Of a stretch of 64,000 nt of DNA, positions 19,748 to 29,266 are shown piece by piece. The notes below the pieces were generated by a model. The model did no database searches. It was given only the letters and a program-made list of their open reading frames with translations, and was not told the DNA's origin. The stretch comes from an uncultured bacterium (GTDB lineage: Bacteria > Zhuqueibacterota > QNDG01 > DTFT01). The position numbers were made by a program, and so were the translations under genes. Position 1 is the stretch's first letter; each line of letters opens with the position of its first letter. The DNA lies in the NCBI GenBank assembly GCA_963736115.1, contig CAVTNR010000027.1, positions 128,098 to 192,097 on the forward strand, written 5' to 3'.

Positions 19748-20398
19748 ATGTTGTGGACCGATCCGAGCGGACTGCGGTTTCTGTTCCCGTGGGTCCTGTG
19801 GAGGACATCGCCGGACGCGGTATCCCTGACTTTCGATGACGGTCCGGACCCGGAATGGACGCCCCGCGTACTCGACATTCTGGGCCAGGAGAATATCCAG
19901 GCCTCTTTTTTCCTGACCGGACGTAAAATCAGAGGGAATACCGGGATTCTGAGACGCATGGCCGCGGAAGGACATACGGCCGGAAACCACGGTTACACCC
20001 ATATTCCGCTGGCTTTCCGCAGGTCGGGCCGTATTCTGGCCGAAATCGGAAAAACGGATGCGGAAATCGAAAACGCGACCGGGAAAAAGCCCGCTCTGTT
20101 CCGTCCGCCGTACGGCCGTTTCGACCCGAGGTTCAGGGCCTGGATGCGCCGGAGCAGGCACACGCTCGTCATGTGGAGCCTGATGCCCGGCGACTTTCTG
20201 CCCGTCACGCCGGAAGCGCTCATTGCCGCGGTTCGGAAACGTCTGACCGGGGGCGCGGTGATCGTCCTGCACGACGGCCATGAACGCTCGGCCGGCATGG
20301 TCAAGGCGCTTCCCGGCATGCTGTCCGCAATCCGCGAAGCCGGCCTGGCCGTAAAACCGCCGGTTGCGGCGCCCCTGACCGCGCTCCGTCAGTCCTGA
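19748..20398 (+). CDS. Polysaccharide deacetylase (NodB/CE4)
   Basis: LTFDDGP, GNHGYTH, FRPPYG, IVLHDG. Confidence 0.92.
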   Translation: MLWTDPSGLRFLFPWVLWRTSPDAVSLTFDDGPDPEWTPRVLDILGQENIQASFFLTGRKIRGNTGILRRMAAEGHTAGNHGYTHIPLAFRRSGRILAEIGKTDAEIENATGKKPALFRPPYGRFDPRFRAWMRRSRHTLVMWSLMPGDFLPVTPEALIAAVRKRLTGGAVIVLHDGHERSAGMVKALPGMLSAIREAGLAVKPPVAAPLTALRQS

Positions 20399-20420
20399 GA
20401 ATCCCGCAAATGGACATCCG

Positions 20421-22058
20421 ATGAGGCCCGAATTCATGGATTGGCTCCCGCCCCTTCTCCCCTTCATTCCTGTGTTGTATGCGGAAACGCACTACACTTT
20501 GGCGGGCTTCAGCCTGATCTACAGGCGCTGGCCTGAAATCGTCGCGGATGCGCCGTATCGCATCGAACCCGGCCGTGCCATCCCGGTTCTCCTGCTCCTC
20601 CGCCATGCGGACCGTTTCCCCGTGACCGTGGAGTCCGCGGCCGCCCTTCTCCGCGCTCCGGACGGCTCTGAAACCGTATATCCGCTGATTGAAAATCCGG
20701 TCGCGATCGCTTCCCGGTCCTGGCACCGCGTCTTTCATGTCCGGCCCTCTGAAGGGATGGCCGGCGACATTTCGATAAACATCCGGCTGGACGTCCGCCG
20801 GCCCGGGGATTCCCGGAGCCGGACCGTCATCAACCGGAATCTGCCCGGAATCAAGCCCATTCCCCTGGCGGTGCGGCTCGCGGAACATCCCCTGCCCGTT
20901 TCTGAAGACTGCCGCTTCGCGGACCTCCACTGCCATTCGGAATACACCGACGACCAGGTGGAATACGGCGCGCCCCTGGACGCTTTGGCGGAAACGGCGC
21001 CGGCCATGGGCCTCTCAGCGGCCGCTGTCACGGATCATTCCTATGACTTGGACGATGTCGAAGGGGAATTCCGCGTCAAGGACCCGGGTCTGACGCGTTG
21101 GAACGCGATGCGTGAGCGGTGCGCCGAAATCAGCCGCCGAACGGGATTTGCCCTTCTGCCGGGCGAGGAGTTGAGCGCCTCGAACGCGAGGGGCCGGAAT
21201 GTGCACCTTCTCCTATTCAACAACCGGACCTTTGTCCCAGGCATGGGCGACAGCGCGGAGCACTGGTTCCGCACGAAATCCGAGCGCTCGGTGCGGGAGG
21301 TGCTCGACGGAAAGGATCCGGACACGCTCGCTTTCGCGGCCCATCCGGAACACCGGTTCCATTTTCTCCAGCGCTTTTTCCTTTCCCGGGACAGCTGGAC
21401 CGGGGAGGATTACCGCCACCCGAACCTGACAGGCATGGAAATTCTCAACGGCGTGCCGGACCAGGGTTACCTGGCCGGACTGCGCGCCTGGATCCGGCTC
21501 CTGCTCGAGGGCCGCAGACTTTTCATCGCGGCTGGAAACGACGGCCATGGCGCATTCAACCGCACGTTCCAGATCGGACTGCCCTGGATTTCGATCGCGC
21601 ATTCGATGCTGTACCTCTTCGGCCGTTGCCGCACCGGCATCCTCGCAGGAGACAATCCCTCGTCCGAAGATTTTCTCAAGGCAATGGCTGCGGGCCGATG
21701 TTTCATCACCACCGGGCCGGCCATGACCCTCTCCGTGATGAACGAAAAAGGGGAAACCGCCCGACTCGGTCAGAGCCTGTCCGGTTTTCGCTTCGACGCC
21801 ACGGTCGAGGCGGTGTCATCCCCTGAATTCGGTCCTCTGGAGTACGTGAGGCTGTGGCTTGGCGATCTGTCCGGAAGGCGCGAGGTGCCATGGATCGAAT
21901 TGAAGCCGGAACCGGCTGACATGAAGATCCGGAAAACATTCGGAATGGAGAATCTGAAATCGGATGTGTATGTGAGGGGGCTGGCGGTCTGCCGCAATTC
22001 TTCCGGCCGGACTTCTTTTGCGCTGACGAATCCAATTTGGCTGAACCGGGAGGGTTAA
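20421..22058 (+). CDS. PHP-domain metallohydrolase (CehA/McbA-like) with N-terminal extension
   Basis: DLHCHSEY, VTDH, PGEE, AHP, GNDGHG, TNPIW. Confidence 0.75.
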   Translation: MRPEFMDWLPPLLPFIPVLYAETHYTLAGFSLIYRRWPEIVADAPYRIEPGRAIPVLLLLRHADRFPVTVESAAALLRAPDGSETVYPLIENPVAIASRSWHRVFHVRPSEGMAGDISINIRLDVRRPGDSRSRTVINRNLPGIKPIPLAVRLAEHPLPVSEDCRFADLHCHSEYTDDQVEYGAPLDALAETAPAMGLSAAAVTDHSYDLDDVEGEFRVKDPGLTRWNAMRERCAEISRRTGFALLPGEELSASNARGRNVHLLLFNNRTFVPGMGDSAEHWFRTKSERSVREVLDGKDPDTLAFAAHPEHRFHFLQRFFLSRDSWTGEDYRHPNLTGMEILNGVPDQGYLAGLRAWIRLLLEGRRLFIAAGNDGHGAFNRTFQIGLPWISIAHSMLYLFGRCRTGILAGDNPSSEDFLKAMAAGRCFITTGPAMTLSVMNEKGETARLGQSLSGFRFDATVEAVSSPEFGPLEYVRLWLGDLSGRREVPWIELKPEPADMKIRKTFGMENLKSDVYVRGLAVCRNSSGRTSFALTNPIWLNREG

Positions 22059-22060
22059 TA

Positions 22061-22143
22061 GGTTCCGGGTTCAGAGTTCCGAGTTCCGAGTTGGAGGCCG
22101 ATGTTTTTTCTCAACTCGGAACCCGAAACCCGGAACTCGGAAC
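22061..22143. repeat. Heptamer-array hairpin (AGTTCCG)n...(CGGAACT)n
   Basis: Left arm 22061-22092, right arm 22113-22143. Confidence 0.8.
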
Positions 22144-22153
22144 AACAAACGAT

Positions 22154-22360
22154 TCAACCTTTCCTGTGCAGTTTCCCCTGTACGATGAATGCCGTCAGGG
22201 ATGCTCCCGCCATCATCCCTCCTGTCAAAATCGTCAACATTCCGGCCGTCGTCAGAGGTGAGCCGATCATCCCGATACCGCCGAACAGTCCGGCGATCAT
22301 TCCAGCCACAATGCCGATGGCTGTCAGTCTGCGGTTTCGGATTTCCGCTTTGCTCATCAT
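22154..22360 (-). CDS. Small Gly-rich membrane protein (68 aa)
   Basis: ATG at 22360 with GAGGAG SD; two hydrophobic Gly-rich segments; the ORF extension to 22426 largely runs through heptamer repeat. Confidence 0.55.
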   Translation of the reverse strand: MMSKAEIRNRRLTAIGIVAGMIAGLFGGIGMIGSPLTTAGMLTILTGGMMAGASLTAFIVQGKLHRKG

Positions 22361-22389
22361 TTTTTCGAACTCCTCAATGATCGAAAGAA

Positions 22390-22511
22390 GGTTCTGAGTT
22401 TCGGGTTTCAATTTCCGAGTTAACATAACATATCGGCTTCTAACTCGGAACCCGGAACTCTGAACCCAGAACTGCTATTCCCCCGGAACCCGAAACCCGG
22501 AACTCGGAACT
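22390..22511. repeat. Heptamer arrays (left arm 22390-22421; right arms 22442-22473 and 22484-22511)
   Basis: GGTTCTG AGTTTCG GGTTTCA ATTTCCG AGTT versus AACT CGGAACC CGGAACT CTGAACC CAGAACT. Confidence 0.7.
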
Positions 22512-23062
22512 ATCAGCGACTCAGCCAGCATCACACAAAGAATCGTCTTCGAATCCACGATCTCCCCTTTTCGGACCATTTCCCGCAATTCCTTAAAAGG
22601 AATCCAGACCGGCTCCAGGAATTCCGTGTCATCCAACCTGGGCGGTCCTGTTTCCGCGAGCCCGGTCCCGAGAAACAGGGTGATGAATCCAGTCGAATAC
22701 CCTTCCGCATGGGCGTATGTGATCAGGTTGCGGACTTCTCCAGGACGAAAGCCGGTTTCCTCCTCGCATTCCCGTATCGCCGCTTCAGCCGGATCCTCGC
22801 CCATGTGGATCAGGCCGGCCGGAGCTTCGAGCAGGGTTCGGCCTATTGCCGGACGGTGCTGGCGTACCAGCCTGACCTTGCGATCCGCATCCACGGGCAG
22901 AACCGCCACAGCGTCCTGAACCGCCACCACTTCGCGCTCCGCGGACCTGCCGTCCGGAAGCCGTACGGTCAAACGGTCCAGGCTGAGGTATGAGCCGCTG
23001 AAAATGCGTTCCTTTTTCAGGACGGGTTCTTCAAGGGAATCTTTTTTAAGTTCATCGTTCAT
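22475..23062 (-). CDS. NUDIX hydrolase (ADP-ribose pyrophosphatase-like)
   Basis: Nudix box PAGLIHMGEDPAEAAIRECEEETG; IVDSKT. Confidence 0.9.
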   Translation of the reverse strand: MNDELKKDSLEEPVLKKERIFSGSYLSLDRLTVRLPDGRSAEREVVAVQDAVAVLPVDADRKVRLVRQHRPAIGRTLLEAPAGLIHMGEDPAEAAIRECEEETGFRPGEVRNLITYAHAEGYSTGFITLFLGTGLAETGPPRLDDTEFLEPVWIPFKELREMVRKGEIVDSKTILCVMLAESLIVPSSGFRVPGE

Positions 23063-23067
23063 AAAAC

Positions 23068-23430
23068 GAGTTTCGAGTTACGCGTTCCGAGTTCCGGGTT
23101 GGATGCCGCCGAAATCCGGCTCAACGAATTACCCTATTCCCCTTTGTTATCCGCGCTCATCCGCGCCGGAGGTCCGTTCAATCCGTGTTCCATTTTTGAC
23201 GTTCCGAGTTCCGTCTTTTTCCCCTCCCATCCCCTGGTTCCCCGTCCGCTGGCGCGGATGAAAAAGACACTTGCGCGGGGATGACATTCATTAAAATGAA
23301 TGCATTACCTCATTCCATCGCTCTCTCCGTGAAAATCCGTTCCATCCGCGCCGCAGGCGTCCGTGTTCCATTCTTCAGGTTCCGAGTTCCGAGTTACAGG
23401 TTCCGAGTTCCGAGTTACAGGTTCCGGGTT
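23068..23430. repeat. Repeat-rich intergenic region: AGTTCCG/AGTTACA heptamers plus ATCCG(C/T)G-type repeats
   Basis: Heptamer runs at 23068-23100 and 23378-23430; ATCCGCG..TCCGTGTTCC blocks at ~23150-23191 and ~23327-23369. Confidence 0.7.
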
Positions 23431-23497
23431 GAGGGTGCATCTGCTGTGCGCCATGCGCTATGCCGGATGCCGCCCGTACGGCCGGCCCGTATTCAGG

Positions 23498-24532
23498 TTA
23501 CGTCCCGCTATCCAGCATCTGATAGAAACCCTTCGGCTCCAGTTCGGGGAATGCCGCCCCGGTCCGGACCAGATGTCTCCGGATGTCCAGGCACAAGTGG
23601 CATTTGGCGATATATCCTTCCGGATCCTCCCGGAATCCGTGCTCGGAAGACGCGAAAACGGCCAGAGCGGCCGGCCCTCCCTCCATCAGCCTGGAGAGCA
23701 CATGCTTGTCCGGCAGGTCCGTTCCCGCGGAAATGCCGGCGAGGTCCAGACCGTTTCCCACGGAAAGACCCGCGCACAGGCCGGTGATGACATTTCCGTA
23801 CAGGTCGACATGTCCGTGATGGGGGCTGGTCAATTCAGCTTCGCAGTTCCGTTCCAAAAAATCCGAGGCTGGATGACGCGCATAAAGCACGCCGAGTTCC
23901 AGCGGCGCACGGCCGTTGGGAACGAGCCCGTACCGGTCCGCGAGGTCGAGCGAAGCCTGATCCGGACCGGCGGATTCGAGATAATCCTCAAAGGGAATCG
24001 GATGCTTCGGATCCGCACCCGCGAGCAGGCTCCGGAAATAATCCGTGTACACGCGCACCTCGGACGGGCCGAACACGCGGGACGCGACGCGGATCAGCCG
24101 CTCCGGCCTTTCCAGGGGCACGAATTCCTGGTGGAATGGAGACACACTGACGAGCAGGCCCGGCAGGCCGGCGTCCCTGAGACGCAGGAGCGTCTCTTCC
24201 GTGTCCGCCTCCCGGAGCGCCCAGAACGCGTTCGTCTCGACATACTCAAGCGGAAGACCCGCCGCGGACACGGCTTCGACCGCGCGGATCAACCGGTCCG
24301 GACGGATGAAGGGCTCACCTCCGCCGATGTGGACGGAATCGAGAAAACGGCTGTCGGCCGCGATGGACGCGGTCAGTCCTTCAAGAATTTCATCGGTAAT
24401 CCAGTCTTCCCAGGCCGGCGAACACGCATACAGGCAGTGTCTGCACTGATTGCTGCACTGGTACGACAGAATGATCCCCAGCGAGGAGAACGGAGGCACT
24501 TTGAGCACGCGTGATTCACTCACGGCTGTCAC
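23498..24532 (-). CDS. Radical SAM protein
   Basis: CSNQCRHC motif, GGGEP, ETNAFWA, extra C-terminal cysteines (KCHLC). Confidence 0.88.
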   Translation of the reverse strand: MTAVSESRVLKVPPFSSLGIILSYQCSNQCRHCLYACSPAWEDWITDEILEGLTASIAADSRFLDSVHIGGGEPFIRPDRLIRAVEAVSAAGLPLEYVETNAFWALREADTEETLLRLRDAGLPGLLVSVSPFHQEFVPLERPERLIRVASRVFGPSEVRVYTDYFRSLLAGADPKHPIPFEDYLESAGPDQASLDLADRYGLVPNGRAPLELGVLYARHPASDFLERNCEAELTSPHHGHVDLYGNVITGLCAGLSVGNGLDLAGISAGTDLPDKHVLSRLMEGGPAALAVFASSEHGFREDPEGYIAKCHLCLDIRRHLVRTGAAFPELEPKGFYQMLDSGT

Positions 24533-25230
24533 AGCCCCAGGAACCGGATGAGCAGGCCGGTCGCAAAGATGACCGCGCCTGCCACCGCATGGCTGTATTT
24601 TTCAAGGGTCCGGAGAGGCAGGAGATTCCATCCTGCCGACGCCAACGCGGTCATGGCCAGCATGGTCGACACGGTTGCCGCCGCGAAAACGGCAGTGACA
24701 GCCGCCACCCCGGCGGCGCTGGTTTTCGCGGCCGGATACATGAGCAGGGGAATGAGCGGTTCGCAGGGGCCGAGGATGAAAATAGTGAAAAGCACCCAGG
24801 GGGTCACGTGACCGTCGTGCACGTGTGTGTGGGCTTCCACGTGCCCGTGGCCGTGCGAATGCACATGGCCGTCTTCGTGGCTGTGCGAGTGGACGTGGCG
24901 GCGGTCCCGGAACACCGGTTTCATGCCCCATACGAAGTACGCCAGGCCGAAGGCGATCAGCGCCCATGAAGCGAGTCCGCCGCGGACCGATTCAATCCAT
25001 TCCAGCCGGTTGAGCGCGACCCCGAAGACGATACCGAGCAGTCCCAGCACAACTGAGCTTAGCACGTGGGCCAATCCGCACAGAAAGGCGACGCCCAGCG
25101 TCTTGCCCAGCGTCCACCGCCGGGCCTTCCCGATCATGACAAAAGGCAGGTAATGATCCGGTCCGATCACCGTGTGAAAAAAACCGATGAACAGGGCCGC
25201 GGCCGTCAGCGCTCCGAGGTCTTCGGTCAC
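24529..25230 (-). CDS. Nickel/cobalt transporter-like membrane protein (UreH/NiCoT/TauE superfamily)
   Basis: HTVIGPDHYLPF, His-rich loop HVHSHSHEDGHVHSHGHGH, GPCEPLIP; GTG start overlaps the upstream stop. Confidence 0.8.
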   Translation of the reverse strand: MTEDLGALTAAALFIGFFHTVIGPDHYLPFVMIGKARRWTLGKTLGVAFLCGLAHVLSSVVLGLLGIVFGVALNRLEWIESVRGGLASWALIAFGLAYFVWGMKPVFRDRRHVHSHSHEDGHVHSHGHGHVEAHTHVHDGHVTPWVLFTIFILGPCEPLIPLLMYPAAKTSAAGVAAVTAVFAAATVSTMLAMTALASAGWNLLPLRTLEKYSHAVAGAVIFATGLLIRFLGL

Positions 25231-28073
25231 GGCAACCCGGTCCCGTTTCCCATTCGGAAGTTCTCCGGGAGCAGGATAACGCGAATCCGGTTCCGGCCGT
25301 CGCACGCGCGGTTTGCCGTTTCCCGGACATCGCCCGCGGTCAGGCCGGATATCCACCCCGCCCTGAGCAGGATGTTCTCCGGATTCTCTCCCTGAAAAGC
25401 GCATGCGGAAAGCCGTTCCACCCAGAAGGCGTTCCGTTTCAGATCGGTTTCAAAATCCCGCCGCTGAAGTTCACGCACGCGGGCCAGCAGATCCGGATCC
25501 GGCCCTTTGTTCCTGAGATCGTCGATTTCCCTGAAGACGAGACGGCTCAGTTCCTCGGTTCGTCCGGCCGGGCACCCGAAGGAAATGTTCAGGGTATAGG
25601 AAGGAACCGGGAAGCGGACCGCGGAGGCAGCGACGGACACTCCGTAGGCGCCGCCGAGTTTTACGGCCAGAACCTCCCGGAGCCGGATGCGGAGAAAACC
25701 GGCCATGGTTTCGAAGCGGTACTCGTTCAGAGAACCGGGTTCCCAGGGTCCGGTGTACACGATGGCCACGCGGCCCTTGGGCTCGTTTCCCTTCCGGACG
25801 ATGCTCTCAACCGTCCCTTTCAGGGGCCGCACGCCCGGATCGCGCCAGGTTTCCGTACGGCCGGCCGACGGAAGACCGGCCAGCCACGTTTCGACGATCG
25901 GCCGCAGGGAATCGGGGTTGAAGTCGCCTGCGAAAATGAATGTGAAGTCGCCCGCGTCCGAGAACCGGTCCCGAACCACGGCGAGCGAGCTGTCGAGATT
26001 CATCCGCTCCAGTGTAGCCGCGGTCCAGGGCCGGGCCCGCGGATGACGGCCCGCGAGCAGGACCTGCAGGGTGTCCTCAAAAGCCGTTTCCGGCACAAGG
26101 GCCCTGCTGTCCAGCCGGCCTCGGAGTATCTCTTTCGCGGACGAGAACGCCGCCTCGTCACGGCGCGGATCCGCAAACGCCAGATGGATCAGCTGGAACA
26201 GCGTGACCGCGTCCCCCGAAGAGCAGGCGCCGGACAGTCCCTCGGTGAGCAAGCCGATGGAGGCGGTCACGGACGCTCCGGTCCCAGTCAGCCGCTTTGC
26301 CAGTTGGGCTTTGCTGAATCCGCCCGCGCCGCTTTCCTCCACGATGGAGGCCGCGGTCGCGGCCGCAACCGCATTCCGGTCCGGAACCAGGGAATTGCCG
26401 CCCGGACTGAAAGCGGAGAACCGAATCTCTCCGTCCCTGAAATCGGTCGGCTTCAGAATGACTGTGGCGCCATTGGTGAGTTTCCACTCGACCGTGCCGA
26501 GCCGGCTGTTCCGCTTCTCGGACAGGATGCGGCCCGGCACGGGCGAAACCGGGACCAGGGGCGCGGCCGACCCGCCGTCCGGGAAGGATTCGATTGACGC
26601 GTTCCCCACACGGTCGAACAGACCGAGAAGATCCGCTTCGCGGGGTTTCCGTATGCCTTTCTTTTCCGGGACCTCCGCCAGAACGACACGGTTGTCTTCC
26701 GGCGTCCAGTCCGCGGTCAGGCGGTTGATTTCCTCGAGTGTGACCGATTCCAGCAGTTCGCCGGTCTTCCGGAACTCCCACTCCGCGGACGGAGCCGCTT
26801 CTCCTTCAAGCCAGGACCGGACCAGACGGGATGCCAGATCCTCGGATCCGGTCCCGCTCTTCTCTTCCGCGCGCTTCTGAAGCTCGCGCATGCGGTCTCT
26901 GACGGCTTTGCGGAATTCTTCCGGAAGGAAACCGTGGCGCCGGACGCGTTCCACTGCCGTCAGAAGGGCCTCGAGGCCGGCTTCCACGCCGTTGTCCGGT
27001 ACGCCCGCGCCGATATAATACGCGCCCCGGTGCCGCACGAGCCTGCCCTTGCCCGCGATACCGTAACGGATGGGCGGGTCCGGACGTGCCGCCAGATCGG
27101 CCAGCCGGCGGTTCATCATGGCGTCATGCAGATTCTCCAGAAGAGAATGCCTCATATCGGACAGGGTGGCGGCCGTCCGCACCGGACACAACCAGTAGAC
27201 ACTGACCGAGGATCCGGATGCCTCAGGATCGGAAAAGACACGGACGGTGGTTCCGGAATGACCGGTAACCGGAGCCGGGACCGGCTGTCGCGCCGTCGTC
27301 CGGGCCGTCCATGAGCCGAACTGGGAGCGGATCAGTGACTCGATCCGGCGGCTGTCGAAATCGCCCACGGCCACGACCGCGGTCCGTTCGGGCCTGTACC
27401 AGTCGTGAACAAAACGCTTCAGAGTTTCGGAGCTGAAGGACTGCAGAATTTCTCTCCGGCCCGAGGGAAGCCTCTCCGCATACCGGGATCCGGCGAACAG
27501 AAAGGGGTATCGCCTGTCGAGGGCGCGACTTTCCGCGCCGCGGCCGGTCCGGAATTCCCGGAGCGTCTCCAGGCGTTCACTTTCGACCGCGCCCGGATCG
27601 AATGGGATTCCGTCGGCCCAGTCGCGCAGGAGCAGAAAAGCCCGGTCGAGCAATGCAGCCGAGTCGGCCGGCACGGCCAGCCGGTACACCGTCTCATCGA
27701 AGGATGCGGAAGCGCTGACGTCCCCGCCCGCGGATTCCAGAAAACGATCGAGCGCCGGTTTCGGGAAATGCGCCGTGCCGGAAAACGCCAGGGCTGCGAT
27801 GAAACGCGCCAGGCCCTGCTGGTCATCGTCCTCCTGAAGCGAGCCTGCGTTCACCGCCAGCCGGAGCTCGGCCTTCCCCGCGGGCCTGCGAATGGACCGG
27901 ATGAAATACTTCATTCCATTGGGAAGGGTTCCGGAGGATACGGCCGGATCGGACGGAATCGGCGCGGAAAGACCGGGGGTATCCGCCCCCCGTCCGGCCG
28001 CCGCGGTCAGGATCAGAATCACTGCTGTAAACCGGCCGGCGGATGCTCTCAATGACCACATCGGCTTCCTCAT
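25227..28073 (-). CDS. M16 (insulinase/PqqL-like) peptidase homolog lacking the zinc-binding motif
   Basis: LPNGM, AGSLQEDDDQQGLA, FVHDWYRP, VAVGDFD, L.NGATVILKPTDF; HxxEH replaced by RFIAA; signal peptide. Confidence 0.85.
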   Translation of the reverse strand: MRKPMWSLRASAGRFTAVILILTAAAGRGADTPGLSAPIPSDPAVSSGTLPNGMKYFIRSIRRPAGKAELRLAVNAGSLQEDDDQQGLARFIAALAFSGTAHFPKPALDRFLESAGGDVSASASFDETVYRLAVPADSAALLDRAFLLLRDWADGIPFDPGAVESERLETLREFRTGRGAESRALDRRYPFLFAGSRYAERLPSGRREILQSFSSETLKRFVHDWYRPERTAVVAVGDFDSRRIESLIRSQFGSWTARTTARQPVPAPVTGHSGTTVRVFSDPEASGSSVSVYWLCPVRTAATLSDMRHSLLENLHDAMMNRRLADLAARPDPPIRYGIAGKGRLVRHRGAYYIGAGVPDNGVEAGLEALLTAVERVRRHGFLPEEFRKAVRDRMRELQKRAEEKSGTGSEDLASRLVRSWLEGEAAPSAEWEFRKTGELLESVTLEEINRLTADWTPEDNRVVLAEVPEKKGIRKPREADLLGLFDRVGNASIESFPDGGSAAPLVPVSPVPGRILSEKRNSRLGTVEWKLTNGATVILKPTDFRDGEIRFSAFSPGGNSLVPDRNAVAAATAASIVEESGAGGFSKAQLAKRLTGTGASVTASIGLLTEGLSGACSSGDAVTLFQLIHLAFADPRRDEAAFSSAKEILRGRLDSRALVPETAFEDTLQVLLAGRHPRARPWTAATLERMNLDSSLAVVRDRFSDAGDFTFIFAGDFNPDSLRPIVETWLAGLPSAGRTETWRDPGVRPLKGTVESIVRKGNEPKGRVAIVYTGPWEPGSLNEYRFETMAGFLRIRLREVLAVKLGGAYGVSVAASAVRFPVPSYTLNISFGCPAGRTEELSRLVFREIDDLRNKGPDPDLLARVRELQRRDFETDLKRNAFWVERLSACAFQGENPENILLRAGWISGLTAGDVRETANRACDGRNRIRVILLPENFRMGNGTGLP

Positions 28074-28075
28074 TA

Positions 28076-29266
28076 TCAGGCGATCGGTTTTTCGTACAGG
28101 GTGTAAGTCTTGGACAAGTGCCCTCCGACCAGATCCCCGAGCCGAAGCACCATGACATTGTCCTCCAGCATCCATCCCAGGTCGCAGTACTGGTATCCCT
28201 TTTTCTGCGTGTATTGCTTCTGAACCCAGATCATGACACCATCAAGCCCCAGCCTGCGGAACTTCTTCTTCACGCCGAGATACCCCAGCCGGAATCCTTC
28301 GGTCTTCTTCGCGCCGAGTATCATCCGGAGGGCCCGGACCAGTTCCCAGCGCCGGGCGAATCCCCCGGCCGGCTTCATGTGTTCCACGACGTTGGGCACG
28401 CCTCCGAAGAAGGCGGCCAGCTCGCCTTTAACATAGAGAAAGAGGAACAGCTTCTTGTCCATGATGAGCTGCATGTCGTCCACGATGCGGTAGAATTCGT
28501 CGGGCTCGAATGGGACGAAGCCGAAATTGTCGCCCCAGGCGTCGTTGTACACCTCCAGCATCTCGGCCTTGCGCTGTTTCAGCGGCCGGGCGCTCCAGGG
28601 CTCCACGGTGATGCCGTACCGCTCGATGATCTTTTCAGACAGGCGGACGAGTTTGTCCTCCATGGGCCGCTGGACCGGCGCCTCCCACGAGACGACTTTT
28701 TTCACGGGCTGGAACCCGGCGGACGACAGGAGGCCGGCGTAATACGGTTTTCCCCAGTGGTAGTACATGACGGGACGGGAATCGAAACCGGCCGTGAGTA
28801 TGCCCGGCGTGGCTTCGTTGACCGGCAGGTTCTGGGGCCCGCGCATCGCGGTCATGCCCATGCCCTTGAGCCAGGCCCCGGCCGCGTTCATCAGCGCCAC
28901 ACTCACCGCGGGATCCTCGATGGATTCGAACTGCCCGAAAAATCCGGTCCGGTCGTTCCAGTGGCGGTTGTGGTTGCGGTTCACGAACGCGTTGCAGCGG
29001 CCGATGATCCGGCCCTCACGCTCCGCCAGGAAAAACCGCATCTCGGCGTGACGCAGAAACAGGTTTGATTCCTCGAAGAAACCGCGTATGCCCAGCAGCG
29101 GGAACCCCAGGTATTCGTAGTCCAGCAGGGGGACATACGACGGGTCGTTGCGGTAATGGTCCCAGTGAAAATCGACGAAGCGGCGCAGCAGCGCCTTGTC
29201 CTCGCGGGTCCGGTATCCGAAATCGTGCATGCGGATGGCGGGTCCGGAATGGTCGGATAAGGTCAT
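28076..29266 (-). CDS. GNAT-fold protein (YghO-like)
   Basis: YRNDPSYVP, GFFGQFESIED, MRGP, WGDNFGFVP, GWMLEDN. Confidence 0.75.
   Translation of the reverse strand: MTLSDHSGPAIRMHDFGYRTREDKALLRRFVDFHWDHYRNDPSYVPLLDYEYLGFPLLGIRGFFEESNLFLRHAEMRFFLAEREGRIIGRCNAFVNRNHNRHWNDRTGFFGQFESIEDPAVSVALMNAAGAWLKGMGMTAMRGPQNLPVNEATPGILTAGFDSRPVMYYHWGKPYYAGLLSSAGFQPVKKVVSWEAPVQRPMEDKLVRLSEKIIERYGITVEPWSARPLKQRKAEMLEVYNDAWGDNFGFVPFEPDEFYRIVDDMQLIMDKKLFLFLYVKGELAAFFGGVPNVVEHMKPAGGFARRWELVRALRMILGAKKTEGFRLGYLGVKKKFRRLGLDGVMIWVQKQYTQKKGYQYCDLGWMLEDNVMVLRLGDLVGGHLSKTYTLYEKPIA

Noticed and set aside
22361-22426. N-terminal extension of the small membrane ORF to 22426
   Set aside because: The extension is mostly heptamer repeat, and a good SD precedes the ATG at 22360.
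23004-23787. ORFs with FRVPS/SEFRVTG repeats
   Set aside because: These are translations of heptamer DNA repeats, not credible proteins.
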